Both the position numbers and the translations under genes were made by a program. Positions 40,901 to 53,863 of a stretch of 64,000 bases of DNA are shown here, in pieces. The number at the start of each line of letters is the position of its first letter. Position 1 is the first letter of the stretch. Under the pieces are notes generated by a model that was not told where the DNA came from, searched no databases, and worked only from the letters and a program-made list of their open reading frames with translations. Source of the stretch: Salpingoeca rosetta (taxonomy: Eukaryota > Protista > Choanoflagellata); contig JAWQFM010000023.1 of NCBI GenBank assembly GCA_033442325.1, positions 690,410 to 754,409 on the forward strand, in the 5' to 3' direction.

Positions 40901-43900
40901 GTGAGCAAGGTCGAGGCCAAGGAGCTCAAGCCGGGCATGCAGGTGAAGATTCTGCCGCACAGCGACCGCCATGGATACGAGGTGGAGGGCATGCGCCAGA
41001 CGCGCGGCCTGCTGGGCACGGTGGTGAGCGTGGACAGCAGCGTGGACCTGGCGCAGGTGGACGTGTACGTGCCGCAGGAGGCGCGCCTGATGCACTGGTG
41101 GTACCCGACGGCCGAGCTGGAACGCGCAGACGGCGAGAACCAGCGCGAGCCCATCACCCTGGAGACGCACCAGCAGCTGCTGCTGGCGGAGTCCCAGCTC
41201 ACGCGGCTCTACTGCCGCAACGCCGTCGTCAAGCTGGCGCAGCACGCCCTGCTGGGCAAGGACCTGGTGCCGCGCCACGTGGCCCTGCGCCTGCGCGCCA
41301 TGGAGCAGCTGCGGCCCTCCGTGCCTGCGCTGTGCTACCTGCGCGAGTGGTCTGTGGGCGCCTTCTTTGGCCGGGATGCAACGGGCATGACATCCACGTG
41401 CCAGCCCCACCCCTTGTCCCCCGACCTGATGCAGGAGCTGCAGCTGGTGGTCAAGGAGCAGGACGTGTTCAAGCACGTCTGCGCCCCGCTGCTGCATGCA
41501 GCAGAAGGCGGCAGCGGCGCCGGCAGTGACGCCGCCTTCCGGGTGGCCAAGCTTGCGGTCGAGGTGGGCCGCAAGACGTTTGACGTGAGCTTTGATGACG
41601 CATGTGCGGTCGTGGTGAGCGTGTGGCCAAAGGACGCCAGCGGAAGCGTGCTTGCCTCGCCGCCCTCCGTGCAAGATGGCCCCTGGGCGCGCTTCTACGT
41701 CGGGTCTGCAGGAACGGGCCCGCAGTTTGCGGTGTACCCGGCGCCGCAGACATGCATGCGCACGCCGCTGCCGTACCTGCTGTTCCCGGCCTCGCGCCGC
41801 CTGCACGTGCGCACAACCGCGCAGGACGTGCACCCGAACGCGCAGCTGATGGTGCACGGTGTTCCCGAGGACCTGCCCACCGCGCTGGCGGCGCTGCAGC
41901 TCTGCTTCAGGGAGAGCGCATCGGACATGTCGACCAAGTTTGTGGCCAAGCTGGTCAAGGGCCTGCTGGACGTTGGCCTGCGGCTTGAGGTTGGCCCTGC
42001 GCTGCAGGAGCTGGTGCTGGCAACGGCTGCCGTTGTGCTGCGGTCTGCACCACAGCAGGCGCTGGAGGAGGCGGGCGTGGCGAGCCGCCTCCACGCGTTG
42101 TACAAGGAGCTGTGCACGCTGTATGACAAGCGAAGCACGTCGCTCAACGCGTGCGCGCACAGCACGCTGTTCCAGGTGGTGCTGCAGGTGGTTGTGGACG
42201 CCTGCACACGGTTTGGCGCGAACCAGGTTGTCACGGGCAAAGCACAGGCCACGAGCCTGTTTGCGGCGTCGGATTCCAGTGCTGGCAAATCCTCATCGTC
42301 CCCCTCTTCCTTGCCGTCCGCGTCATCACCATCGTCGTCGTCGTCAAGCAAGGCGGGCGGGCCGACTGTGGTGTCGCTGCCGTCCGGGAGCAAGGTGAGC
42401 TTTGGCACAGCCTCCAGCAGCAGCAGCAGCAGCGGCAGCGGCGGCGGCGGTGGTATTGGCAGCGGGCCCGCCTCTCGCTCCCGCCGTCGCCCGAAGCGCG
42501 GTGCCGCTGCTGCCCGCGGCGGAGCTGGGCGGACGTCCACAGCCAGTGGCGGTGTTGGGTCGCGCAGCCCAGCCTCGTCAGCTGGTGGCGCCGCAACCAC
42601 GCCTGGACCAGCAGGGAGTGGCTCGCAGGGCGGGTCGGCGTCGCCCAGCACGGTGCGTGCGCGGTTTGGCAGCGCACCGTTCCCGAGCGCCGCAGCGCAG
42701 CAGGCCGCTGAGGACCTGCAGCAAGGGCCCGAATGGTTCGCTGGCGTGCGGCAGCTGCGTGCGGCGCTGGTTGCGCTCGGCGACGATGGCAGCCGGTGTC
42801 CACGCCTGCTGTTTGAGCGCGCGTGGTCCGCTGCATATCGGGGCTACCAGCCGCTCTCCAGGTTTGTGCTGGTGGGTGGGTTCTCAGGTTCATTTTGCAT
42901 AGGCGGTAACATGCCGAGAGTCAAACGGACATTTCGCCTAGGGTAGCCGGGTAGCCACGCCACCCTGAGAGTGTCGAGTGCTCGCTTTTCTTGCGAACGT
43001 GGCTGGGCATAGGCTCTCTTTGACACGCGTCGTTACCTACAGTACCGTCAGCCTGGGGTATCCGCCATGCGAACCCTCATGTGGATGCTCGATTCGGTAC
43101 AAGGCAATGCATGGTGAAGGCGTCACCAGTTCTCCCCTGGGCTTGGTCGTGACCTTGCCCACTCTGGTAAGTTATATTGGCCACGGGCATCGCATACCAA
43201 CCTGATCCCCCTGCTACGTGGAGAGCTATTAGAACTCTTCGTACAACGTGTCCACCCTTCGAAAGCTTCTCATTACAGTGAGTTGCCAATACCTATTACA
43301 TCGGACATTTGGCACGCCGTGCACTCTGCAGCGCGCGCTGCTGGTGGTGTCCGCAACGGCTTTGTGCGCATCTTCTCATACATCCCGCCATCGCCGGCGG
43401 CAGCAACCAGCGGCGACAACGGCAGCGAACGCGCAAGCACGAGCGGCAACGGCAACGGCAACGGTGGCAGCGCTGCTGGCGACAGCGACAACAACCGCGC
43501 CCAGGTCAAGGGCGCCGTGCTTGAGCTGTGGGAGGCTGAGGACGTCGCGCGGTGCACGCAGCGGCTGCGGTCGACGGACCTGCTGTCCCAGAGCGGCGCG
43601 TCTGTGTCGTCCCTGGAAGGCGTGTTGAACGAGGTGGCCATCGCGGCGGCTGAGGGCGAGGCAAGCGGCGGCAGTGCCGCGCGCACACCGGAGCTTGGCC
43701 CGCTGTGCAAGCTGTTCCTGCGCCAGCTGTACCTTGACAAGGAGGGCAACCTGCAGCCCGCGTTTGAGCGGGCGCTGCTCTCGCTTATGGTGGCGGACAC
43801 GGACGTTATGAGCGCAAAGACGTCGCACAAGGGCGTGCCCATTGCCGGCATCCTGAACGCGTCGTCGTTTGAGTTTGACACCAACCTGCCCGTGGGCACG

Positions 43901-46525
43901 TCTGGGATCCTGCGCACGTTCTTCCTGAACGCGGGCGACGGCTCGAAGAAGGACCTGGCCGCCGTGCTCAAGAAGCACAGCGCTGCCGCCGAGGGCAGTG
44001 GTGGCAGTGGCGGTGGTGATGGTGGTGACGGCAGCAAGAGGGGCGTGGCGACTGGGCCAGGTAACGGCAAGCACTTCCGCCCGACACACCTCATCTCGTA
44101 TGCCAAGGAGAAGGTGGAGACGGACGTGGTGGCGTTGGTGCACGGCATGGCCTCTGTGGGCTTTGACATGCACCACGAGCGGTTCCGTGACGTGGCCAAG
44201 TGCACGGCGTTTGACAACATGTGCCAGGCGCAGTGGACGCACGCGTCGGACCTTGAGCTGGGCCGCCTCATGTGGGAGCGCAGCCGCGTGTGCGGGCGTC
44301 TTCCCACGGAGCTCTCCGTCGCGGCGCTTTGCATTGAGCAGGAGCGCAGCCTTGAGTTTTCTGCGCTGGGCCACTATCCAACAAAGGTGCTTACGCTGCG
44401 GGCCGCCATGCTGCAGGAGCTCAACCGCCTGACGGGCAACGCGTTGCCCATGATTGACCTGCGCAGCCCGCGGGCAGAGGGCAGCCTGGCGTGGCACCTT
44501 GGCCAGAGCCGCGACCTCATCTTCCCGAGCGTGTACCGCACGTGGGCAGGGCATGTCGTCGATGACACGGCGGCGCGCGTGGACCTGAGCAAAGGCCCCG
44601 AGATTGTGCTGGATCCCCTGGAGACGGTGGTGGACGCCGACGCGGCTGAGCGCGGTGCCCGCACTGGCGGTGCTGCGACGACAACAGCGGCAGCATCCTC
44701 GACAGCAGCAGCTGCAGCTGCTGCAACTGGGGCAGGCCAGGGCCAGGGCGACGATGACCCACAACAGCAGCAGCAACAGCAACAGCAGCAGCAGCAGCAG
44801 GGTGCGGGACAAGGGCGGCAAGTTGCGGCAGTGCCCCGCACGTCGCATCATCCCCACCAGCGCGTGCCACAGTTCCTTCAGGCTGCCGAGCAGGTGGATG
44901 CCATCAACCCTGCTGAGCTTCGGGTGAAGCTGGCCAAGGGCGGCGACCCCATCTTCCCGCTGATTGTGCGGCTGACCGGGGAGCGCGTTGCGGGCACGAG
45001 CGGGTCGTACCGGGAGTTTATGCTGCGCATGAGCCACGAGCTTCAGGACGGCACGGTGCCGCTGTTTATGGTGTGCCCGAGCTCGTCCATGGGCCGAAAC
45101 GTGGGCAAGGTGCTGCTGCGCACGGCCGCGCCCACGTACCAGCAGCTGCACTCGCTGCGGTTCCTGGGCGTGCTGTTTGCCATGTGCATCCGGTCTGATG
45201 TGCCGCTGCCGCTGGAGGCGCTGCCGTGCTTCTGGAAGGCGCTTGCCGGCGTTTCCTTGCAGGAGGAGGATGTGCACGCCGCAGACAGCCCCGTTGGCAA
45301 CGTGATTGCGGCCATGCGCGCGTGCAAGACTGCAGGCGAGTTTGCGCGCCAGGCTGATGCGGAGGGCTGGACGTTCAGCGTGCGCACGGTGACGGGCCAG
45401 GTGGTGGACCTGAAGCCACCCGCGGCATCGCTGCAGCAGTACCAGCAGCAGCAGCAGGAGCACCAGGGCCCCAGTCGCAAGGCGCCGCGGCGTGGGCAAT
45501 CGCTCGAAGGACACACGGTCGCCGGCAGCAGCAGCATCACCACCACCACCACCACCGCCAGCAGTAGCCAGGGCAGTGGTACAACAAAGCCAATGACAGC
45601 AACAACAACAACAACAACAGCAGCAACAACAGCAACAGCTGGAGACGGTGCTGCTTCATCTGCTCGTGTCACCGCGATGAGTACAGGCGGTGCAGCCGGC
45701 ACAGAGGCGGGAGCAGGGTTGCATGGGCGCCATGTGCCTGTGGTGTTTGAGGACCGCGACGAGTATGTGCGGCAGGTGCTGGCGTTTAAGCTGCAGGAGC
45801 TGAGTTGCAGCGCGCATGTTGCTGCGATTCGGGAAGGGTTCAGCACGGTGCTGCCGCTGGAGGTGATGCTGGCGCAGTCGTGGCAGTCGCTGGAGCTGGC
45901 CATCTGCGGGGTGGCGGACGTGGACTTTGAGTTTCTGCGGCGCCACACCACATACACGTCTGGGCTGTGCGAGACGGACCGGCACATTGTGTACTTTTGG
46001 CGCGCGCTTGAGTCGCTGTCCCAGGCCGATCTGCGCAAGTTTATCAAGTTTGCCTGCAACCAGGAGCGCATCCCGAGCCCTTACCCTGACATGAGCAATG
46101 GCACGATGGTGCACATTCCGCCGTATCCGATGAAGATTGCGCCCCCGGATGACTCTCGGTTTGGCTCCTCGGACCACCAGCTCATTCGTGCAGAGACGTG
46201 CCTCTTCATGGTCAAGCTTCCCCAATACTCTTCCCAGGTATGTGTTTACGTGTGTGTGTGTGTGTGTTTTGTGGTGTGTGTGCGTGTGTGTGTTTGCGTG
46301 TGTGTTTGATGTGTGCTACGTTTGATGCATGCATTTGATGTGCGTGTGCATTGTGTGGCACATGCACATGATGTACATCTTTGGTCCACTGTGCTGGGAG
46401 AACTCTTGCTTGCACGTATTCCCCTGCTCACGTGCGCTACGCGCTTGTATTTGTCACTGTAGGAGATTATGACGGAGCGATTGAAGCAGGCCATCAGCTG
46501 TCGCGACGATCCCCTTTCTGGCTGA
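28286..46525 (+). CDS. HECTD4: Giant HECT E3 ubiquitin ligase HECTD4 (SPRY plus HECT); two assembly gaps and one ~400-bp interruption
   Basis: [10 protein letters not shown]...[19 protein letters not shown]...[25 protein letters not shown]...[13 protein letters not shown] (FYFEV...GDTLGCAW...FTHNG...ANFG), [36 protein letters not shown] end [13 protein letters not shown]...[11 protein letters not shown]...[15 protein letters not shown]|[20 protein letters not shown]. Last exon 46463-46525. Confidence 0.93.
36827..37181. other. Assembly gap within HECTD4
   Basis: Run of N. Confidence 1.
38544..39394. other. Assembly gap within HECTD4
   Basis: Run of N. Confidence 1.
42887..43300. mobile_element. 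Foreign ~400-415-bp stem-rich insert (element B) interrupting a HECTD4 coding exon; identity unknown
   Basis: The ORF stops at 42946 and resumes in the same frame near 43280-43301. GC3 codon bias is lost. No microsatellites, unlike most introns here. Nested inverted repeats. Confidence 0.6.
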
Positions 46526-46672
46526 TTGATCGCTGTGCTCCCTTGCTTGCATGTGTGTTTGTGCGTGTGCGTGTGTTTGTGTGTGTGTTTGTCAGCGTGT
46601 CTCGTGTGCCTGTGATTGTGTAGTGCTCTTTTTCGTTTCCTCCTGTTCCTCCTGTTCCACCCTCTTCTTCTC

Positions 46673-46704
<32 letters not shown>

Positions 46705-47281
46705 AGTTAACACCAAGCGTGCGTGTGGTCTCCTGTGTCCTGCCTGCGTCAACGTTGTGCGTGTTGGGCGTTGAGTGTTCGTTCGTATCCGATTGCGTTG
46801 TCTGCTCGTGCACGCGAATACCAATGAAAGATATCCGTGAATTTTCCTGTGTTTTGGTTTTTCTTCCAACAAGACAGACAGCAGCCAGGAGGCAAACACT
46901 TTCATCCACACACCGCACCCTTTTCTTGTTCCTCCTCTTCTCTCTGTGTTTGCTGTGCTTGTTTCTTCTGCTCGTTCCCTTGTTGCCTTGCGCGCTCGCT
47001 GCCTTGTTCCCCGATTCACCATCCATCACCACCACACGCGAGTGTGAGCCTTTCCTTTATGGACTGGACGATCCTCTCCGAGGCCAACTGAAAAACAAAC
47101 AAGGTGCTTCCCCTGAGATCGCACCAAAACACAAACAAACACAACCACACAACCACACAACGAGACAAGCAGTCACTGACCTGCGAGCACACACATGTAC
47201 GCACGTCTCGCTTCTTTGTACTTATTGTATGTGTATGCGACGTGTGGTGTCATCCTTTCGTCTTCCAACCCCCATCACTGA

Positions 47282-47320
<39 letters not shown>

Positions 47321-47326
47321 GCACAC

Positions 47327-47387
<61 letters not shown>

Positions 47388-47601
47388 TATACATACATAC
47401 ACACACACTTTCACACTCACAGACAGTCACACAGAGACATACATACACGAACACACAAAAAAACAAATCTTCTTATTACACAACGCACGTCTACTCATCG
47501 CTCACCCCACGTTCTTGCTTGCTTGCATGCTTGATGTGATCTCAGACAGTCTTCTCCGCTCTTCCCCACACCCCTACACCCTTCAAGACCAAGCAAGCAG
47601 C

Positions 47602-48948
47602 ATGTCGGCGCAAACAGACGGCTTGCCATCCGCCCTGAGTCGCGTGGCGTTCTTCGAGCAGAAAGCACGCGAGATCGCCACCGACAAGACCAGTGGCGGC
47701 GGCATCAGACCGCGCGCAGCCACCACGTCGCAGGCATCGCAGCCTCAGCAACAACCGCAGACAACAGACAAGCAGCAGGCCACGGCAGCCACATCAGCAA
47801 CAGCCAGCACGAGCCCGGCATCCAGACCTCGCTTCAGCACCGTGGTTGCGTCCAACCGCACTTCTTTCTCCACGGCGGTAGCAACGGCCACGCCAAGCAA
47901 CACCAGCAGCGCTGCGTCCACAAGCGCCGGCAACGCAGCATCGTCGTCGTCATCGTCATCAGCGACGTCTGCGGCCATGCCATCGTCCGCCTCATCCGCA
48001 TCGTCGTCCTCCTCTGGTTCCACTTCGGCTGCCACGACGACTGCAGACACGAGCAGCAAGCCAAATGCCATGTCCATCCAGGACAGGCTTGCTGCCTTTG
48101 GCGGCGCGCGTGTTGTGGCTGCACGCGGATCTCTGGCTGCCAACAGCAGCAAGCCTGCGGCTCGCCACAGCTTCTCCACGGTTGTCACGCAGGCGCGCAA
48201 CCCTGCGTCCCGTGTGGGTGTTGCTCCCTCTGCAGCAAAGACAGCGCCAACGTCCACGGCAGCGTCGACAGCAGCGTCGTCGCGCCCGTCGTTTGCCACA
48301 TCCGCGCCCGCACCCAAGCCAACACCAGCCAGCCAACCAAGCGGTGCCACGAGTAACAACAGCAGCAACAGTGGGAGCAGCAGCAACAACACCACCACGA
48401 GCAACGCCACCGCTGCCGCCACGACCACCAAGACAACCACGTCCACACCTGCGGGCTCATCGCGTGTGCGAGCATCCTTCTCCACCGTACCGCGAGCAAC
48501 AGCAACGACAACGACGACGACGACAACGCCCACCAGCGCTGCTGCCGCCAAGTTTGCGAGCAAGCCTGCGGTGTCTGCGGACGTTGCACATCTCCTCCCG
48601 AAGAATGCGGGCATGTATGTGTCTGCAAAGCCGAGTGGCGGCAGCACGAGTCCCAGCCAGCGGCGTGGCACAGCGCCTGCGCGCACGCTGAAGAAGGCGA
48701 TTGGGGGCGGGTCCAACCGCTGCTCTGTGTGCGACAAGCCCGTGTATGCGATGGAGAAGGTGCAGGCTGACGGCGTGACAGTGCACAAGGCGTGCTTCCG
48801 CTGTGCAGAGTGCAACTGCAAGGTGTCGCCCGGGTCGTATGCGTCGCTGGAGGGCGTCATCTACTGCAAGCCGCACTTCAAGCAGCTGTTTCAGCTGCGC
48901 GGGCGCTACACCTTCAACGAGGAGGCGGCGCCAGATGTGAATGTGTAA
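47602..48948 (+). CDS. Intronless Ser/Thr/Ala-rich protein with a single C-terminal LIM domain (EPLIN/LIMD2/MICAL-type), 448 aa
   Basis: CSVCDKPVYAMEKVQADGVTVHKACFRCAECNCKVSPGSYASLEGVIYCKPHFKQLFQLRGRY; ATG 47602, TAA 48946-48948. Confidence 0.88.
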   Translation: MSAQTDGLPSALSRVAFFEQKAREIATDKTSGGGIRPRAATTSQASQPQQQPQTTDKQQATAATSATASTSPASRPRFSTVVASNRTSFSTAVATATPSNTSSAASTSAGNAASSSSSSSATSAAMPSSASSASSSSSGSTSAATTTADTSSKPNAMSIQDRLAAFGGARVVAARGSLAANSSKPAARHSFSTVVTQARNPASRVGVAPSAAKTAPTSTAASTAASSRPSFATSAPAPKPTPASQPSGATSNNSSNSGSSSNNTTTSNATAAATTTKTTTSTPAGSSRVRASFSTVPRATATTTTTTTTPTSAAAAKFASKPAVSADVAHLLPKNAGMYVSAKPSGGSTSPSQRRGTAPARTLKKAIGGGSNRCSVCDKPVYAMEKVQADGVTVHKACFRCAECNCKVSPGSYASLEGVIYCKPHFKQLFQLRGRYTFNEEAAPDVNV

Positions 48949-48983
48949 CTGCCTGCACTGGCCGTAATGTGACGGGCTGCTGC

Positions 48984-49149
<166 letters not shown>

Positions 49150-50044
49150 AGTGGTGGTGGTGATTGATGATGGTGGTGGTGCCGCTGCACAAGGAAGTGA
49201 CGCAAGTGGTGATGGTGGTGCTCTAGAAGGAGGTGATGAATCTTGGGTGAAGACGGAGGCAGAGACCTGAGAAGATCGTGTATGAGTATTCCAGAGTGTC
49301 AATATCTGTTTGTGCACGTGTATGTGTGCGTGCCTTATTGTATGCGTGCGTTGTGTATCGTATGTGTGTGATATGTGGTGTGTGGTGTGTGGTATGTGTG
49401 CATGACTTGCGTTCCTTCAGCTTTGTTCCCGTTGTGTGAGCGGGGTGGTGCACATAGTGTTGGCACTTGTGACAGCAGCGCTGCAACAGCTTTGTTCCAA
49501 CAGAGCCCTGCACATCCCTTTTGACTCGTTATTATGTTGCATCAGCTGCTGTTGCTTCTGCTTCTGCTGTCGAGTGTTTCACGTGTGCTGGCATCCCGCT
49601 CGAGTGTTGTTGGTTTCATTGTTGTTGGATCGTGGCTGCTGGTGTTTTGCTTGCCACGCTGTATAATTTGTCTGTGCGCGTGTGTGTCGCTTTGATTTGT
49701 GTGCGAATGTGTCATGCATGCCGACTTTCGCCTCCTTCGCTTCCCCTCCCCCCTTGCTGTTGCCTTTGTGTCTGCTTCTTTGCAGCTTGTAACCAACCCC
49801 CTCCTACAATGCCGGTTGATGTGATGTGAAATGATTGTGACTTGTATCCCCTTTCGTTTCCATTTGTGGCAGACAGTGTGATTTCGGCCCTATTGCTTTC
49901 AGTCCGTGTGCTTTCCCTTTGTGCATGTTGCTGTGCGTGCATCTTGTTTTCGTGTCCCCACCGTCCAATCAACCACACTGTGCTTTGATTTTGAATGCGG
50001 ATGTGCGAAACAGCTTGCATATGTGTATGGCTCGCGTGTATATA

Positions 50045-50130
<86 letters not shown>

Positions 50131-50254
50131 GTGATGCGCCGTTGCCTCATTTGCCACCTGCACCCTTTGGACATCTCGAGTGTACACACCGCACCGTCTT
50201 CTCACCCACTTTCATGGTTTGTGATGCGGTTCTGTGTTACGGCGACTGTTGCAG

Positions 50255-52035
50255 ACCAACCAAACGCAGGAAATCCAAGGTGCAGGATTCGCTTCGGCAT
50301 CGTGGCCTCAAGCACTTCTCCACATGCGTCTGCCAGAAGGTGCAGGAGAAAGGCGTCACCACATACAACGAGGTACGTGCACGCCACACGAGGCGTGGCA
50401 ACTAATTGTACGGACAACATTCCCGCGCCACAGATAACTGTGTGTGTGTGCTTGCGTGTGTCTCGTTGCGGTTGACAAGAGAGTGGTGCCCTGTTACAGC
50501 TGTGTGAGCTCACAAATGCCCCTCTTGCACACAGGTGGCAGATGAACTTGTGCGTGAGCAGCAGTCGCAGGCCATGGCTGACGGCGACACGACGAGCGAG
50601 CCAAAGAACATCCGCCGGCGCGTGTACGATGCCCTGAACGTGCTCATGGCGCTCAACATCATCTCCAAGGAGCGCAAGGAGATCAAGTGGATTGGCCTGC
50701 CGACCAACAGCGAGCAGGAGTACAAGCAGTATGAGGAGCTCAAAGCAAAGAAGCTCGAGTCCATCCGCCGCGCAAACGAGCAGCTCAACGACCTCATCCT
50801 CCAGGTATCGTCTTATGGTCAAGAGGGTGTGCGTGTGTTTGTGTATGTGTGTGTATGTCTGTGTCGGTGTGCGCGCGCGCGCTTTTATGTGTGTCTCCGT
50901 GCGCGCGCGTTTATGTGTCTGTGTCTATCTCTGTGTCTTATGTCTATGTTTGTGTGTGTTTTGCGTTACTTCTGGCGTCCCTTGTTGCCTTGCCTGCTCG
51001 CCTCTCACGCCTGGTCCAATCAATGTTCACTGTGCGTGCTACTATTGTGACGGTGCTGCCTTGCCAGCAAATTGCGTTCAAGAATTTGATCAAGCGCAAC
51101 GAGCAGCGGGAGCAGGAGCAGCCCGGCGGTGTTGGCGACGCGTCCAAGGTGCAGCTCCCGTTTATTGTCGTCAACACATCCAAGGACGCCGTTGTCGACT
51201 GCTTCATGTCACACGACAGGTGCGCCAACCCATAATCGTGGTGTGGTGAGGAGCGGGACCTTGTTGTTTGTCACTGAACAGGCTGCGTTGATGATGTAAC
51301 CTGCCATGTGTGTGCATGTGTGTGTATATGTGTGTGTGTGTGTGCGTCCTATGTCCACGATACCAATGTGTGCTCTTCCAAGAAGTTGTACTTGCCAGCC
51401 CAACTGCGTCAACTGCGTGGATTGCCCGTGACAGTGTCGCACCCACGTCTCACGTGTGCTCTCGTCACCTCACGCACACTCTCGCATTGACCACTGTTAC
51501 ACCGTCTCCCCCCTCCTCTCCTTCCACGTAACGCAGAACGGAGTACCTGTTCAAGTTCAACACGCCGTTTGAGATCCACGACGACGTTGATATCCTGAAG
51601 CGCATGGGCCTTGCCTTTGGCATTGAGGAGGGCACGTGCACGGACGAGGAGGTGGAGGAAGCGAAGAAGATGATCCCGACCGCGCTCGCGCCCTTCCTGG
51701 AAGATATGGTGAAAAAGGCACGCATTCGCGCACAGGCCAGGGGCACCGCCGGCAACGGCGCCGACGCAGCAACAGCAAGCGCAACAGGAGCAGGAGCGGC
51801 AACAGGCAGTGCATTGGGTGGCGATGGGATGGCATCCGGTGGGATGGATATGGAGGGGCTGGGCAGCCAGGCGGGACAGTCGCAGTCGCAGTCGCAGGTG
51901 AGCATGACATCAAGCGCCCCCGGCACCCAGCACGAGGTCGCAGATGACGACGATGACGACGACGATGATGGTGGCGATGGGGATGGCGACTTTGAACCAA
52001 AGAGCAGAGCAGCGCGCTCCTTACGGCTCCCTTGA
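50255..52035 (+). CDS. TFDP1: E2F dimerization partner DP (TFDP); first exon(s) not located
   Basis: [105 protein letters not shown]. Exons ~50255-50372, 50535-50804, 51068-51219, 51537-52035. Confidence 0.95.
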
Positions 52036-53009
52036 GCCTTTTGCGAACAGAACCCCCCCCTCTTGCTTCACAGCGCTAAATGCCTCGTAACCCCCCCCCC
52101 CCTATCTCTTGTCCTCCTTGCAGTCATACGCTCCTCCCTTGTCTCTGTTTCATTGCCGTTTCCCCTCTCATTCTTCCTCCTCCTCTTTGTTTCCCTTTGT
52201 TTCCCTTTGTTTCCCTTTCTTCTTTGCTGTTCTCGATGAGCCGTACTTCAACCCCACTTCATTCCTTGCTAGATATCCATCACATGTGGCGTGCTTCTTG
52301 TTAAGTGGCTTGTGTGTGTCTCCCGATTGTGTTGGTGTTGTTGTGCGTGTAGTATTACGACCATGGTATATGTGTACCTTGTTTTGTGTGGTGTGCCGCT
52401 GGTTTTCCACTTTCGTTTAACTGGCCTCCCCCTCTCCCTCCTTCTTTGTTGACTTGTTGTGTGTTGTGTGCGTACGCGGTTGTAGCAACGAGTAACTACA
52501 GCGCACGCTTGTGCGTCTTCTGTACTGTGCCTCTGGATTGAGGCTAACTCTGTGTGTGTGTTGGCACTTGGTGGGCAGTGAGTGCTGCGGTTGCTTGTTT
52601 GTTGGTTTCAACCTCATGTGTACTCGCCCCATGCGTTGTTTGTGCTCGTCTTGCGATGGCTGTTGTGCGCACTTTACTACACACAACCAACACCTACAGC
52701 AGTGATGAGCAACTAACACTGAAACAAAGAACTGAGCAATCTGTCGTCATACACACCGCACGGCAAGGCGCACACAAGCTTACATGGGATAGACACACAC
52801 ACAGACACATGTCCGCACAAATACACATACGCACACACACACATACACACACAAGTACACATACGCACACACACACACACATACACACACAAGTACACAC
52901 ACAAGTACACACACGTACAGACACAAATACACACACACCAACAAAGCCTTGGTTCGGTCAGTTACAGGCATGGGAAGCAAACCCGGGGTGTGGTAGCTAT
53001 CGAGGGCGC

Positions 53010-53863
53010 CTACGATGACTTTGGCCACGCTCCTTCCGTGGTTGGAGTTGGCTCCTTGAGGAACGCGTGCCAGTCTCCTTGGATCGATGGGTTCTTGGTG
53101 ATAACAGGGTTTTGCACCTTGCGTGGCTTGTTACCGGATTCCCGCGCAAGCTGCTTCACAGCGTCCAGGATATCAGAGGCGCTCTTCCCTTTCACAGACA
53201 CCGATTTCGAGTGGCCACTCACTGTGTGTTGTGTGTGTGTGTGTGTGTGTACATGAGACGGCTGCGTGAAGAGGTCAAGTGCTTTGTGCTGCATCTGTGC
53301 ACGTTTACAAGCTACATGTTCCAGCATGTGTGTGTGTCTGGTTGAGCATGTGCAAGGCTTACGGAATTCGCCGTGGACATGCGGTTGTGTGCCTGGCTTG
53401 CGTTGTATTTGGAACACAATGTGTGGGTTCTGTTGGCAAAAGTCGACCAAAGGTCCGTCCACGAGCTCCCTATCACCCACGTGCACAGCGAGCGATTGGC
53501 GTGAGACCGGTGTGAGACACAAGAAAAGAAGGGCACCAACAAAGACGGGCCAGATGTGTGCACAGCAGCGCAGACACACAGACACACACACTGACACACA
53601 GACACACAGACACAGACACACAGACACAGACACACACACACAGACACAGACACACAGACACAGACACACAGACACAGACACACACACGCACACACAAACA
53701 CACACACACACGCACAGACACACAGACGCAGAACCCCCCCCCCCAAAAACAGCCACATGTGCACCTACCTCATGCCCTGGCTGGTGACGCCACCGCGGCA
53801 GTAGCTCAAGGTCACCTTGCGCAGCTGGCACACGTAGCGCCCAAACTGGTTTCCACTCGCCAT
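53010..53863 (-). CDS. MRPL43: Mitochondrial ribosomal protein L43 (mL43), 3 exons
   Basis: [25 protein letters not shown]|[17 protein letters not shown]...PHVHGEF|...[27 protein letters not shown]. Confidence 0.92.

Noticed and set aside
38375-42160. Long antisense ORFs over HECTD4 (also 32651-34558 and 43376-45514) and over the dynein gene
   Set aside because: Shadow ORFs caused by high GC3 codon bias and read-through of N runs; no recognisable motifs.
42887-43300. Group I or II intron, hammerhead, RNase P or tmRNA identity for elements A and B
   Set aside because: The diagnostic conserved sequences are not visible on either strand.
42926-43310. 9-bp direct repeat CGGACATTT (42926 and 43302), and TTCTCA (42881 and 43267), as TSDs of element B
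   Set aside because: Excision between either pair does not restore the HECTD4 frame, and such matches can arise by chance.
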